A DNA stretch of 53,062 nucleotides from Scorias spongiosa (lineage: Eukaryota): positions 3,224,001 to 3,277,062 of the forward strand of contig JACSZZ010000005.1 of NCBI GenBank assembly GCA_018467035.1, in the 5' to 3' direction. Positions 1 through 10,995 of this stretch are shown in pieces. The number at the start of each line of letters is the position of its first letter. The first letter of the stretch is position 1. Below the pieces are notes generated by a model. It ran no database searches, had not been told where the DNA came from, and saw only the letters and a program-made list of their open reading frames with translations. A program made the translations under genes and the position numbers.

Positions 1-274
1 CTTCGTTGAGACCCTCAACGTTGAAAACGGTCTGCAACCCGCCTGGACCAGCTCCATAGATCTGGTCGCGATAGCGTTGCTGATATTGCTGACGACCACC
101 TCTTTCCCTGTCCTTTCCTTCAAGTGTCCAGTCTGCCATACGGCCGAGTTTATCACCCTTGCTGAATGGCGCATACGGGACGCCGTCCAGGGTGGTTTCT
201 GTGGTTGTTGACGGCCCCCATGTCGCGGTTTGGGGAAGCTCGTCAATGAGATCGAGCAGTGATATTGGCGCCAT
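1..274 (-). CDS. eIF3d: Eukaryotic translation initiation factor 3 subunit D, 5' portion (runs off the window edge)
   Basis: Not in the ORF track. Manual translation from the ATG at 274: [64 protein letters not shown]... The WGP...[18 protein letters not shown] signature is the eIF3d (S. pombe Moe1) N-terminus. Confidence 0.93.
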   Translation of the reverse strand, partial: MAPISLLDLIDELPQTATWGPSTTTETTLDGVPYAPFSKGDKLGRMADWTLEGKDRERGGRQQYQQRYRDQIYGAGPGGLQTVFNVEGLNE

Positions 275-634
275 GGTGATGTAGGTCGCTATTCGTGCTT
301 TGCTAGTGTCCACCGCGACAAACCTGACGCCTTCAAGTTTCCTTCAAGTTGCGGCGCTAAATTCCGCCCACCAAACTCTTGGCGCTCACAAGAGAGACAA
401 CGCAAGAAGGTCTGCCGGGTATAGTGGGGGTTTCGCACGTGATTACGCTTTAGCATTGCCGCTTATGGACGTATCGTGGTTTATTAGGGCTCGGCAAAAC
501 AGACATCCTCGATCAACAGATCGTCAAGTAGAACAAAGTCACTTTTAAATGCGAGATTCTCACGAGACTTCTAATATTCCAGAAGCTACATATCGCACAA
601 ACCATGGACTTCCTGCGTCCTGGTATTTTCCATT

Positions 635-2197
635 ATGGGCCCTTCGGCTGATATCCGTTTTCACATAAGCGCTCCTTGCAATACAAAACAAGACGAACAG
701 GCTCGACGGCAAGCAGTTTCATATTTGACCGCCCAGTTCTTTCAGACGCCCGAACCCGTTTTATCGTCCTCCGAAGGTGATAGTGTTAGCGTTGGCCAAA
801 GTAATCCGCGCAATTCGGGCGCTGTGGCAGAGAGCGAAGCAGCTCTGGAACGTGTCGAGGTTGGGTGGCGTCTTGACCAAGATAGTAGGTCTCATTCGTC
901 AAATTCGACTACGGACGGATTTGAAACAAAATCTTTGTTCTTGAATGATAGCCAGACTGCGATTTCAGCTCTCCAGAGTCAGCTGGTGAGATCGCCAACG
1001 ACGCGCTCTGACAAAGGCTCCGAGTCCTTGCGAAAACGCAGGCGATGCTCGGTCAAGCACGATGCATATCCGAATCACATTTTAAATGATGATCGTCCCA
1101 CAAGAGCGACTGATTGCGAACATTCCAGACAACGGGTAGAGAGTCTTAATGCAAGAACAGACCCACATCTCCTAGAAAGCATAGATGTACTTGGGCCTCA
1201 AGTAGATGAAAATGCTTGCAACCACGAAGAAACCCCTTCGTCATATCTCAAGTCTCCAGAATTGAGCTCCACGGACATATTGTGGGATAGGGAAAGGGAC
1301 TACCCCCAAAAGCGGCCACTAAGCGATAGTTTGAGACAACATTTGTATGGTGGTCAGCGAGCAGCCTCTGAGCCTGGCTATGGTGAATACGAAGAACCGA
1401 TCAGGATGTGTCATAAAATCGCGAGAAGTTCAACAGAGTCCGAATTACCAACTACATACGATTTGAGCGGTGAGACTTCAATGAGAAGTGGCTCAGCGAC
1501 GACAAATTTTCGAAGGGCAGCAAAGGAAACGGAATCTCTGGCAGAATATGATACGCCAACAGCTTTCTCAGGTACCAAGAACGATATATGTGGATCGACC
1601 CAACGAATCAGGCCAATTCGGTCCCTTTCTTTTGCAGAATCCGCTCAGTTCGCGCATGTTGTCACAGGTTTGGCCGATCCACTAAATTTACAAACGGCGA
1701 AATTGTCAGAGGCCATCCGCAATCTCCCATTACGTGTACTTCCCACTCCTCCAACAACCTCTACGTCCACATTCACAACCCACATAACACCTGTTCTACA
1801 GCACCTGGCGAGCGATACAGTCATATCCAGGGCTTTCAAGCCTGTGATTTTTCAGCGCGAGGTAGAAACATGGGAGAGAGGTCGTTGGATTGTGGATACC
1901 TCATGTTGGGGGCTTCGCCACCAGATAGCCTTTTGGCAATATCTCGTGGATTATGTGAAAAGGGGTACCCTTGGTTGGGGTGTGTGGTTAGCCCGTCAAC
2001 CTGGAGACCAAAGCTATGATACAGCACCAACCCGTGTAGTGTATGGTGTTGGAACCGTCAGCATATTCTGCTATGGTGAGGTGATGAAGCATATCTACCT
2101 CCTGCTTTATATGGCCAGCGATGGTAGGGTCCGGAAAGCTGGGCTGGTCTATAAAGTGGTGGATGAAGTGATAGTGGTAATGAGAGGGTCCGGATAA
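635..2197 (+). CDS. Hypothetical protein (520 aa) with a long Ser/Arg-rich disordered N-terminus and a Trp-rich globular C-terminal domain
   Basis: Uninterrupted 520-codon ORF. The C-terminal ~170 aa (ERGRW...FWQYL...GWGVW...FCYGEVMKHIYLLLYMAS) looks folded and resembles an uncharacterised Pezizomycotina family I recall. Divergent from eIF3d across ~360 bp. Confidence 0.75.
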   Translation: MGPSADIRFHISAPCNTKQDEQARRQAVSYLTAQFFQTPEPVLSSSEGDSVSVGQSNPRNSGAVAESEAALERVEVGWRLDQDSRSHSSNSTTDGFETKSLFLNDSQTAISALQSQLVRSPTTRSDKGSESLRKRRRCSVKHDAYPNHILNDDRPTRATDCEHSRQRVESLNARTDPHLLESIDVLGPQVDENACNHEETPSSYLKSPELSSTDILWDRERDYPQKRPLSDSLRQHLYGGQRAASEPGYGEYEEPIRMCHKIARSSTESELPTTYDLSGETSMRSGSATTNFRRAAKETESLAEYDTPTAFSGTKNDICGSTQRIRPIRSLSFAESAQFAHVVTGLADPLNLQTAKLSEAIRNLPLRVLPTPPTTSTSTFTTHITPVLQHLASDTVISRAFKPVIFQREVETWERGRWIVDTSCWGLRHQIAFWQYLVDYVKRGTLGWGVWLARQPGDQSYDTAPTRVVYGVGTVSIFCYGEVMKHIYLLLYMASDGRVRKAGLVYKVVDEVIVVMRGSG

Positions 2198-2857
2198 ACG
2201 CACTTACTTCTAACATGGAACTTCAGTCAATAGAGCGGCATGGCTGACTTGAGCGCTAGGCGCGCCATGATTCCATTTGCACGTAGCGAGAACGAACTTG
2301 AACATTTAGAAAACCGACTACCTTATACCAGCATTTTCATGCACTTTCATGTCTCACAAGTCTGCCGGATAGACGTCAAACTCGAGACCGGTTTGATTTC
2401 TACTGAAGGGTGTCAATAGAATCGAGAGCAGCTTTGGAAGGGTTCTGTAATGAGTCCATATCTTTTTGCCTCAACACCTTATTTGAACCAATGTGCATTC
2501 TATTGTGAATAAATCTGTCATACATCAAATAGCTTCGTTGGGTGAAACTTCTGCTGAGGTTAGGCAACCACTGTACAACAATCGCTGTTTCTCTCCTAGG
2601 AGTACAGCGATGTGATATCTCTACGACGCCTGAATTATCCGAGACGGTAAACTTTCAGGCAATCTTTCGAATTCTGTCAACACAAGGGGTAGCCTAGTAA
2701 GGCTGACCAACACGGGTCGTCGAACACGCTTTATCACCCTGGTCTTTCCATCCAAGTCTATTTAACAGCTTTTCGTTGACGCAGGCTGAGACGACACAGA
2801 ACTCCTAGCCCTCAAAAGCAATTGAATTTGAACATATCCCTTGAACGGCCGAACTTA

Positions 2858-3760
2858 TTACAACGTTAACAGAGCAAGAGTGTGTATCCTTGGCCGGGTC
2901 AATTTTCTGCTGAGTTGCGCGACATCATCTTCACGCTGTAGGGCTGTACCGCCATTCTGGGTCGTAGGTACCTCTGTTTGAGTCCTTTGATGACCTGTGA
3001 AAGTCGCTATAAACCCGACTATATTGTACACACCTGCACTTCTTGTAATTTTAACGTCACTAGACTGAAAACCTAAAAGTCTATTTCTTATAATGTCCCG
3101 GACTATTACATTAACAAAATGAGTGTAGAAGTGCCACGTAGAGTCCATTGGAGGAAGTGAACCTGAGGGTAAGAGCTTGTGTGCGTGCGGACCAATTCGG
3201 GATCACGCTCGTCTGGATCGAAGTGGCTTGAGCAAAATGCGCAGGGTGCTGAAGGTCGGTTCCGCTAGAGATTCGATTGAGGCTCAAAGGGTATTTCGCC
3301 CTGAAGGCGTACGTACAACCCTTGACGTCAACCCGGTGGGTTCTTCAGCAAGTGAAGAGCTATTGGTGCGATTTCAAGATACCTTAGTGGAATGGGGCCG
3401 CTTGGACGGGTGCATGAATACCACCGCTGCATGAAAGGTGCTGTCACCCCTTGTCAGTCTGCCTGTGGGTATGGTCACATGGAAGCACAATCGCAAGGTT
3501 GACCCAGATAAGGCCTTGGAGCCGACGAGCATTACATTCATCTCGCGCGATCTGTCACGTTGCACATGCCTTACGCCTTTTTCGACCAGTTCCAGCATGC
3601 TATCTCCAACACGATTGGATAGGCGGCCGAACACCTGCGCCTCGGTCTCCTCTCTTCGGCTGCAGGTGTCGTGGCCCCCATGCTTCCAAGACGTGTTCCG
3701 GCGGCTCATTTGCACCCATCTCCGGTAGCATAACGCTGAGAGTTTCGACAAGTCCCCAAC
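2858..3760 (-). pseudogene. Possible decayed or spliced orphan coding region
   Basis: Track ORFs 3374..3751 and 2858..3148 share one frame. About 300 codons contain only three internal stops (TGA at 3374, 3284, 3203). No recognisable domain. Confidence 0.25.
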
Positions 3761-4308
3761 TCAGGTGCATGTTGCTTGTATATCTCGATTGATGCCCAAT
3801 CAAAAGTACCACATGCCAATACCGCCACATGGAGCTCTAATTCGAGCCCAACGGCCCGAAGTAGGCGGGCCTTGCGCTACGGAACGGCACGACGTAGCAG
3901 CCGAGCCCTCCACACGTTGCTACGGTTGGTTGGTACGTTGGCTCCTACGACATACCAATGCGCCTCGCTCGAGCAATGTTGTTACCACAGTACACCCTCC
4001 GCCCCAGAATGCGCATGAACATGGTCTGATGGGACGGAGTCAAAAAGGGTTATAGCTCGAGCGCGACGAAGCAGGAAAGCGCACCGATCTTTGCTCATCA
4101 GGAGAGCGCGCATTGTCAAGGAACAGTATATTTGTATGACTTACGGCAGACTACTTATTCTATATTAGGGGATTTCCAACGTAGTGGGGTATCTTTCATG
4201 CTAAAAGAAACCTCGTGTTCACATGTCCTTCAGGGATTGATACAATAACGCCTCCGAAACGCCATCGCCGATCCAACCCAATACATCATCGCTCGAAGGA
4301 AGTTGATT

Positions 4309-5712
4309 TCAGCCCTTGATGTCGGCTAAAACCCAACCGTCGTCTTGTCGAACAATGATGCCTTCAGCAGTGAGATACCTCTCAAGGACCTTATCGTGGT
4401 ACCATTTGCAAGGCAGGGCAGCAGTTGAGTTGCCTTCTTTCCTCAGAGCCTCCATGTGTCTTCCGATATGCTCCAAGCGCTCTTCCCAACTGCCTTCGCC
4501 AGCAAATTCGGCTTCGCAAAACAAGCAACAGCTCTGATCTGGTGCCGAGCGGACCTGTCTGTAGCAGCGCCGCGATATCTGATTGAGCATCTCATCCATT
4601 GCATCGTCCCTTCCGGGTTTGTTCCGACCGTTCTTACGATTCTGGCATTCGTTTGTGCAGTCAATAGTGTGCATGCGTCGTACATGCTGAACGAACAGAT
4701 CTTTTCGGTTGAAGTCGTTGGTCTTGCGTTTGTCGCTTTGACATTGATCACAACGCCAATACCCAAGGCGCAAATGCTGTGTATAAACATGACGTTTCCA
4801 TTCGTTCTTTGATCCAAACGTGGAGGTGCAGTTATAATGCGCGAGTGGACACAGGAAGGGCCTGTCGGAGGCATTGCTGGATGCCACACTTTTCGACGAG
4901 CCGTCTGCACTGCCAAAAGAAGATCGATTCACGATGGGCCCTCTCTTTCCCACTCTCGAATTCGAGAGTGGCGACGTTACTGAACGAGGTGCCTGGGTCC
5001 GCCGTTTCTTAATATTTGGCTGCTCCACCCGCCGAAAGCATCCAGAATCATCGTCGTTCGAGGCCGTTGCAGGCTCGCTGTTGATGGACTCGGCAGCCTG
5101 ATATCCGTCATAGACCTGATCGAAGGCCCAACTGTGCTGTTCGATGTCAAAGGCATGACACACCGGGTAGGGCTCGGTCCACGGCTGTACATCATTCATG
5201 GCGACACACGGACTCCGATCCAACGCAAATGCTTCCGATATACTAAAATTGGAGCTTGAGATCGAGTCTTCCATCATCGTTTTTGGTGAGTATCCGAGCT
5301 GAAACATTGGCGATGGCCCCGTGATATTGTCGTTGTCGCTCCACTCGCTTCTCGTATACGATGACGACAGAGCACTCTGAGAGGGTGAGGAGATCTGGTT
5401 TTGGCCGAGCTGTACCAAGTCCTCGCCTCCTTGATAGTGATCGGCCATGAGGGAAGGGGGCAAAGCATACATGGTGTCGTCCAATAGCTCTGGAGATAGT
5501 GGCCACGAGTCCTGGATTGTGGCGATATGTTGATATTGTTGTTCCTCATCAGGGCTCTTAGCCATTGCGCGTGCCAATGATGGGGTATAGTGCTGGGTAT
5601 CGGTATAGAGATCTTGGTAGTGTGAAATCGCGGCCCGGCAGGGAGAAGATTTGAGTGGTCCACTTGAGCTTCGCTCAGAGTGAGCAACGGTCGGATCGAA
5701 TCTGTTCTCCAT
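4309..5712 (-). CDS. C2H2 zinc-finger transcription factor (467 aa from the first ATG)
   Basis: Fingers CPLAHYNC...FGSKNEWKRHVYTQH, CDQC...FNRKDLFVQHVRRMH and CLFC...WEERLEHIGRH, a basic KKRR NLS-like patch and an acidic/Ser-rich N-terminus. The track start at 5718 is GTG; the first ATG is at 5712. Confidence 0.88.
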   Translation of the reverse strand: MENRFDPTVAHSERSSSGPLKSSPCRAAISHYQDLYTDTQHYTPSLARAMAKSPDEEQQYQHIATIQDSWPLSPELLDDTMYALPPSLMADHYQGGEDLVQLGQNQISSPSQSALSSSYTRSEWSDNDNITGPSPMFQLGYSPKTMMEDSISSSNFSISEAFALDRSPCVAMNDVQPWTEPYPVCHAFDIEQHSWAFDQVYDGYQAAESINSEPATASNDDDSGCFRRVEQPNIKKRRTQAPRSVTSPLSNSRVGKRGPIVNRSSFGSADGSSKSVASSNASDRPFLCPLAHYNCTSTFGSKNEWKRHVYTQHLRLGYWRCDQCQSDKRKTNDFNRKDLFVQHVRRMHTIDCTNECQNRKNGRNKPGRDDAMDEMLNQISRRCYRQVRSAPDQSCCLFCEAEFAGEGSWEERLEHIGRHMEALRKEGNSTAALPCKWYHDKVLERYLTAEGIIVRQDDGWVLADIKG

Positions 5713-7190
5713 ACCCACTATATTGACCTCGCCGTTCTGCTGAAATCTCTATACAAGAAACAATCACAGTGTCGATGTGGCGTGTAAAGTCGTGACACTA
5801 GCGCGGTCAGGCCAGATGGAGCGAAAGAGGTAGATTCCCTGCCCCAACGAGAGAACCAGTGTGTGGGAAGAGAGACTGCGGGTGTAAGTGCAAATAATGT
5901 GTCGATTATGGCGCAAAGAGACATCGGCTGGATCGTCGCCGCTGAACAGGATGGCAGGTAATATGGGGAGGGCTTGGAACAAGTATATTGCAAGCAGCAA
6001 TGGCCATGTGCAGGACGAACTGGACACCGCAGACAAACGACAACGGGCGAAAGGCGATCTCTTATCGCTGAAAGCGAGGTGAGGTTGGAGACGATGTTCA
6101 GGACAAGCTGTGCATACTACTTCAACCAGAAGTCGAAACCTACCGATATCTTTCTAATATAATGACCCATCCCCGTCCAGAAGGATGGACGTAGAACAGA
6201 GCCGCATCAGTGAAGACTCGCCCTCGAGAGAGTATCTGACCCCTGGCGAGGGTCGGGAAGGGTAGCTTGTAAAAATACCGGTGAAGGAGGACGGGCCGAA
6301 CGAATGACGGGACGAGTTGGGCTGGGGTGTACATCTGGAACTTCCACAGCCCTTTCCCACGTTGGCGCTTAAAGTGGAAGAAGCACAGAGAGGGCGTGAT
6401 GCCGATCGGAGCTCTACAAAGCCATATGACCGATCGCAAAAGGGTAGGCTTGCTGTCGTGACGTTTCCATCCGACGGCGGCCTCCAGTGCCTTGTCGTCT
6501 GCCCATCCAACGTCTGCGCCATGTTTCTCCCAAGCAGGAGGCGTAGAATGGGGCCACGCATACACGCTTCTCACAGTCGCTGTATAGCTAGCTGCCTGCA
6601 GAGAGGGATTGCTGAGTTCGAGCGCCTACACCCCGTAGTTGGGGGCCGCCAGCCACGGTTGTGGGCAGCACAGTACGTACTTGCAGGGGGCGACAAGGGC
6701 GACGAGACACGGCTTAGCAGTAGCAGATGGTTGCGATGCACGAGTCTGGTGTATGCATAGGGTGGACCTGGCGTGGGCAAGATATGATGCGTCGTGGTGT
6801 TGTGAGGTGCACTGGGTGGGCTTTGTATGACATGGCATCGGCAGATGAGGTTTGGTCATGTTAGGTATTCGGCCTGTCCACGATAAAGGCAACGAGTCGA
6901 GAGGGGTTTGGGCGCATGTGAGGTCTGGATGAACCGGAACAACGCCGGTGCAGCCTACCTCCAGCATGCAACCTGCATGTTCGCGTGCTTCCCCATCTAC
7001 CAGCTGTGTGGGAGGCACAGCAGCAGGTATCTATCAGGTCTCTGGGCGCGATACCGATGTATTTCCGTAAGGTCCTGCGGAGGTGACACCCGGCGATACT
7101 CGTCTGTAGGTTGCCATATCTTTGCCTCCCAAATAGGCAGGTAACTGCCTTTATACGAGGGTAGGTAGGTGGGATGTATAACCCTGAAGC

Positions 7191-7260
7191 TCTCTATCTC
7201 TATGTCTCTCTATGTCTCTCTATGTATCTCTATGTCTCTCTATGTCTCTCTATCTCTCTC
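7191..7260. repeat. 10-bp tandem repeat (TATGTCTCTC)n, about 6-7 imperfect copies
   Basis: Read directly: tctctatctc tatgtctctc tatgtctctc tatgtatctc tatgtctctc tatgtctctc tatctctctc. Confidence 0.95.
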
Positions 7261-8867
7261 CCTTCACTACCGTCTTGTCTCATCTTTCGCATTGCTCTTC
7301 ATTGCGTCGCATCCCATCGCGTCACGTAGCATGGCTTACTATCATAGCATACTCTACATCGGCTGCGTAACTGGCAGTCTGGCGGCAGAAAGACTGGAAA
7401 GGCACAAAGGCGCAGACTGGCAGGCAGGCAGGCAATACAACAAGCGAACCATCCATACGGATACTTAGGTATGTTTCCCGCACCATGCCACTACTGCACC
7501 CCATGTCGCATGAACGCTTGCATCTTATTCGTTCCGTTCTTCAGCTCAGCCCGACAGTCGTGGCGTCAAGATCCATTGCCAGGTGTCTCTTGATCGTTGG
7601 CCCCAAGCCTACCTACGTCCTACCAGTCTTATTATAATGCCGTGGCGTTTTTAAAGCGTTTCGCCCTCCACTGTACCTGCTGCTATCCGTTGCCTCGCAA
7701 CGTTCCATGGCTCGTTAGCTGCAACCTTCGTCTGCCTTTTCATAAGCGTCTTCGGGGGTATACTCAACATTAGAGATTGTAGTTTTTCTTTTGTTTGACC
7801 TCAGATGCCTGTCTGGAGTGCGGACACGGCATGGTAGCTGCACACGCCTTTGGAGCATGCCTACAACCCTCTTACCATGTGCCACCCTTCCATTTTGAGA
7901 AGAGCTATATCCTTTTCTGACCGTAATCCAATGGTACCATTGAACATCTCTGCTCGAAAGTCCCTAAGTTGCGCATTAGAGCACGGCCGAGGCAGCTTGG
8001 ATATCATGGCCCTAGGCTGAGTGACATTAATCTGCCTAAAGGTTGTTCAATGTTTCAAAGCAGCTTGGACTTAGAAGTCCTCTTCCAGTGGTATCGAACG
8101 CTTCCCTTTCGCTCAGCACACGAGCTGCATCGTGCATTTCCCCCATCCAGTTTGCTTGGATAAGTAATTACGAAAGATTGAGATCCGTCAAACGTCTCTT
8201 ATGGACACTCTCGCCAAGCGTTTGCTGATTGTAACGTTCCACTGTCGCGTTGCTTCTGTACCTGCTTGACGATTGACGCATTGGAAGGTGTTTGCCATGG
8301 ACATATTCGTGATACATATACCAGGAAGTATCACTTACGAGGAGCTTTGCCAGACGTACTCGTTGCCATCCATCAGCGGGCAGCTCTCGCGCCGTCCAGT
8401 GGTGGCATGAGGTACATAAATCAGCAACTACCTACCCAGGTGTCTGGTTCAGACACTGAACCCAACACTATCCCCCTAAAATACCTAACGTCCCAATCAT
8501 CCAATGACCCTTTCACCTTATATTTTTCTAGTCCGACATCTTCGGTAATGAGATAAGCAGATCTCATTAATAAAAGCTCGATCTCGGATCTTCTGGATCT
8601 CGGATGGCCTCATGGAACATTCAAGTGCCGACACCCGGCGGCGCGTTGCCGAATATGGTCGTTATCTGGCCCATTTGTCATTCACACTATCTGCACACGC
8701 TTCCCCATAGGGGCCTGGGTCTACTTGCGCTGGATCGCCATCAACCTTCTGCCAAAACATGTACGCTCTTCGCTCGAGTCCAATAATCTCAATGACTTCC
8801 AGGAACTGAAGTCACAAAAACGTTCAACGATTCAATTCCAGTTTCAAACCCGGAAACCCCTCCACAT

Positions 8868-10661
8868 ATGCCTGCCGCCGCTCAAAGCGTCGATGTCGAC
8901 AACGATAATGGCATCCAGACAAGTATTGTCTCAGAATCCTCGCCTTTGCTTTCATCATCTGTAAAGAGCGATAGTATCAAATCACAGCCGATGGACGATG
9001 AGTCCATTGCCGTCGAAACCACCTCTCTGCTTGACCAGCAGGCTATCAATTCGGGCAATGATGCAGACACAACTACGACCAATAGGCAGATCACGACACC
9101 ACGTGCTCTGATCCTCGCTTTCGGCGTATCATGTTTGATCTTCCTCCAATCGTCCAATATGTCGATCCTTACGACTACTCAATCGAAGATTGCTGAGGAC
9201 CTTAATGCCTTCGAGGACGTTTCCTGGTTCACGTCGTCCTATTTGATAGCGATGAGCTCTTTCAATCCACTCAACAGCAAATTGGCTTCCGTCTTTCCCT
9301 TGGAGATCTGTGTTATTGCCGCCACCATCTTGCTTAGCATAGGAGGCTTCGTATGCGGTTGCGCCAAGGGTTTTGGAGTGTTTGTGCTGGGTAGAAGCAT
9401 CTCGGGTGTGGGAGCATCGGGCGTCTTGTCTCTCTCTATCACCGTCTTGCTCGATCTCTTCAGTGCCAAAAGGAGAGGGTTAGGCATCGGGATGTTGAAC
9501 AGCAGTCTGACTTTCGGTGTGGCTGTTGGAGCCACCGCCGCAGGTGCATTGCTCGAACCCATCGGCTGGCGTGCTCTCTTTTGGCTGCAGGCACCAATCG
9601 CCATCGTAGGAGGTGCTGCCGTCATATTCGCTATGTCTGGCGATTCTGGAAGTGCAAAGCACAGCAAACCGCGCGAAAGCGCCTGGCACCGCCTCGCCAA
9701 ACTTGATTATTTGGGAGCTGTGGCCCTTACGTCGACAATAGTTCTGATTCTCTACCCACTTAGCTCACCAAAGAGGATACCGCCCTTGCCAATGCTCATG
9801 GCAATCGTCACATTTACGGCCTTCCTGCTCAATGAGATCTATCTGGCCCAGGATCCCATTATACCTCTTGCACTGCTGAAGTCCAGAGGCTTGTTGCTGA
9901 CGTGCCTCGGGACTCTTGGATATATGATGGCACGCTGGACAGTGCTGTTCTACACCCCAGCTTTCGCCATAGCCGTACGACAGTGGACCCCAGCAACTGC
10001 CGGGAGCATCCTCATCCCTACGAATGCTGGCTTTGCTCTGGGCGGTCTCATGGTCGGTGCCTTTCATATTCAACGTCACGGCTCCTACTATGTGGCGATT
10101 CTGGTGACATATACTCTGTTTCCAGTATCGCTTGCAGCTCTTGCTCTGCTCTCAAACCAACAGACTAGTGCGTGGCTATATGTGGGGCTAGTCTTCGTCA
10201 ACGGGTTCATCACAGGTGCGGCTTTGAACTACGCCCTGGCGCATCTCCTCCATCTCACCCCCAAAAGCACTCACTATATTGCAACGTCCCTCATAGCGAC
10301 ATTCAGAGGATTCGCTGGATCGTTTGGCTCTGCGATCGGGGGTGGTATCTTCTCGCGAAGTCTGTACGCCGCTCTTCAGGATGGGTTCGCAAAACAGAAC
10401 AAGACAGGGCCAGAAACTGATCTCCTCATTCGACGCCTCCTGGGCTCTCCCGCGCTGATAAGTAAGCTGCAGGGAGTGGAGAAGGCAGTCGGCATACAGG
10501 GTTACGAAGATGCATTGAAGATGCTGTGGCTAGCAGGATCTGGCCTTGCTGCTTTGATGATCCTCATTCAAGCAGGTACTGGCTGGAAGAGCGGAGAGGA
10601 CGTGGAAGAGGATGATGCATCGGATCTGGGACATGCTATCGATCCTGCACAGGAAAGGTAG
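8868..10661 (+). CDS. MFS transporter, 14-TM DHA2/Vba (vacuolar basic amino acid transporter)-like (597 aa)
   Basis: Intronless ORF with about 14 hydrophobic segments. DHA2-type motifs: SWFTSSYLIA, GRSISGVG, IGWRALFW, LDYLGA, DPIIPL. Two N-terminal acidic dileucine motifs (ESSPLL, ETTSLL). Confidence 0.88.
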   Translation: MPAAAQSVDVDNDNGIQTSIVSESSPLLSSSVKSDSIKSQPMDDESIAVETTSLLDQQAINSGNDADTTTTNRQITTPRALILAFGVSCLIFLQSSNMSILTTTQSKIAEDLNAFEDVSWFTSSYLIAMSSFNPLNSKLASVFPLEICVIAATILLSIGGFVCGCAKGFGVFVLGRSISGVGASGVLSLSITVLLDLFSAKRRGLGIGMLNSSLTFGVAVGATAAGALLEPIGWRALFWLQAPIAIVGGAAVIFAMSGDSGSAKHSKPRESAWHRLAKLDYLGAVALTSTIVLILYPLSSPKRIPPLPMLMAIVTFTAFLLNEIYLAQDPIIPLALLKSRGLLLTCLGTLGYMMARWTVLFYTPAFAIAVRQWTPATAGSILIPTNAGFALGGLMVGAFHIQRHGSYYVAILVTYTLFPVSLAALALLSNQQTSAWLYVGLVFVNGFITGAALNYALAHLLHLTPKSTHYIATSLIATFRGFAGSFGSAIGGGIFSRSLYAALQDGFAKQNKTGPETDLLIRRLLGSPALISKLQGVEKAVGIQGYEDALKMLWLAGSGLAALMILIQAGTGWKSGEDVEEDDASDLGHAIDPAQER

Positions 10662-10995
10662 ATATTCCATAGATATTGCGAGTCCAGACTCATAGATCGC
10701 ACACTCGATCAGTAGATTCCCAAAGCAAACAAAGCGTAATGAATAATAAAATATAACTGTAACATACCACGGTAGATATCCGTGCCTACAGGCAATACCC
10801 CACTAGCGCGTTCTGGTGTCTACGTCCCGCATCGTCGGTAGTTCCCAGATATTCACCTACCTAGGTAAGCTTAGGTACCTACGTACTGGTACAGTGCAGC
10901 AGCGGTAGCGCACTGCGGAGATACGAATCGCATCGCGATTCGGCTGAAGTGCAATACTTTCGACAGCAGAAAAACGCAAGAGCAAGGCTAGGCAC

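Noticed and set aside
3040..3130. AT-rich patch with faint resemblance to a Gag zinc knuckle (C*CNSPGHYKK*) or the hAT CxxH region (THFVNVIVRDII) on the minus strand
   Set aside because: Cys spacing and key residues do not fit either motif, and there is no other transposon feature nearby.
5718..7144. Many overlapping 60-147 aa ORFs on both strands upstream of the C2H2 gene
   Set aside because: No domains or splice-consistent model, and many start at non-ATG codons. Expected by chance in a GC-rich promoter/leader.
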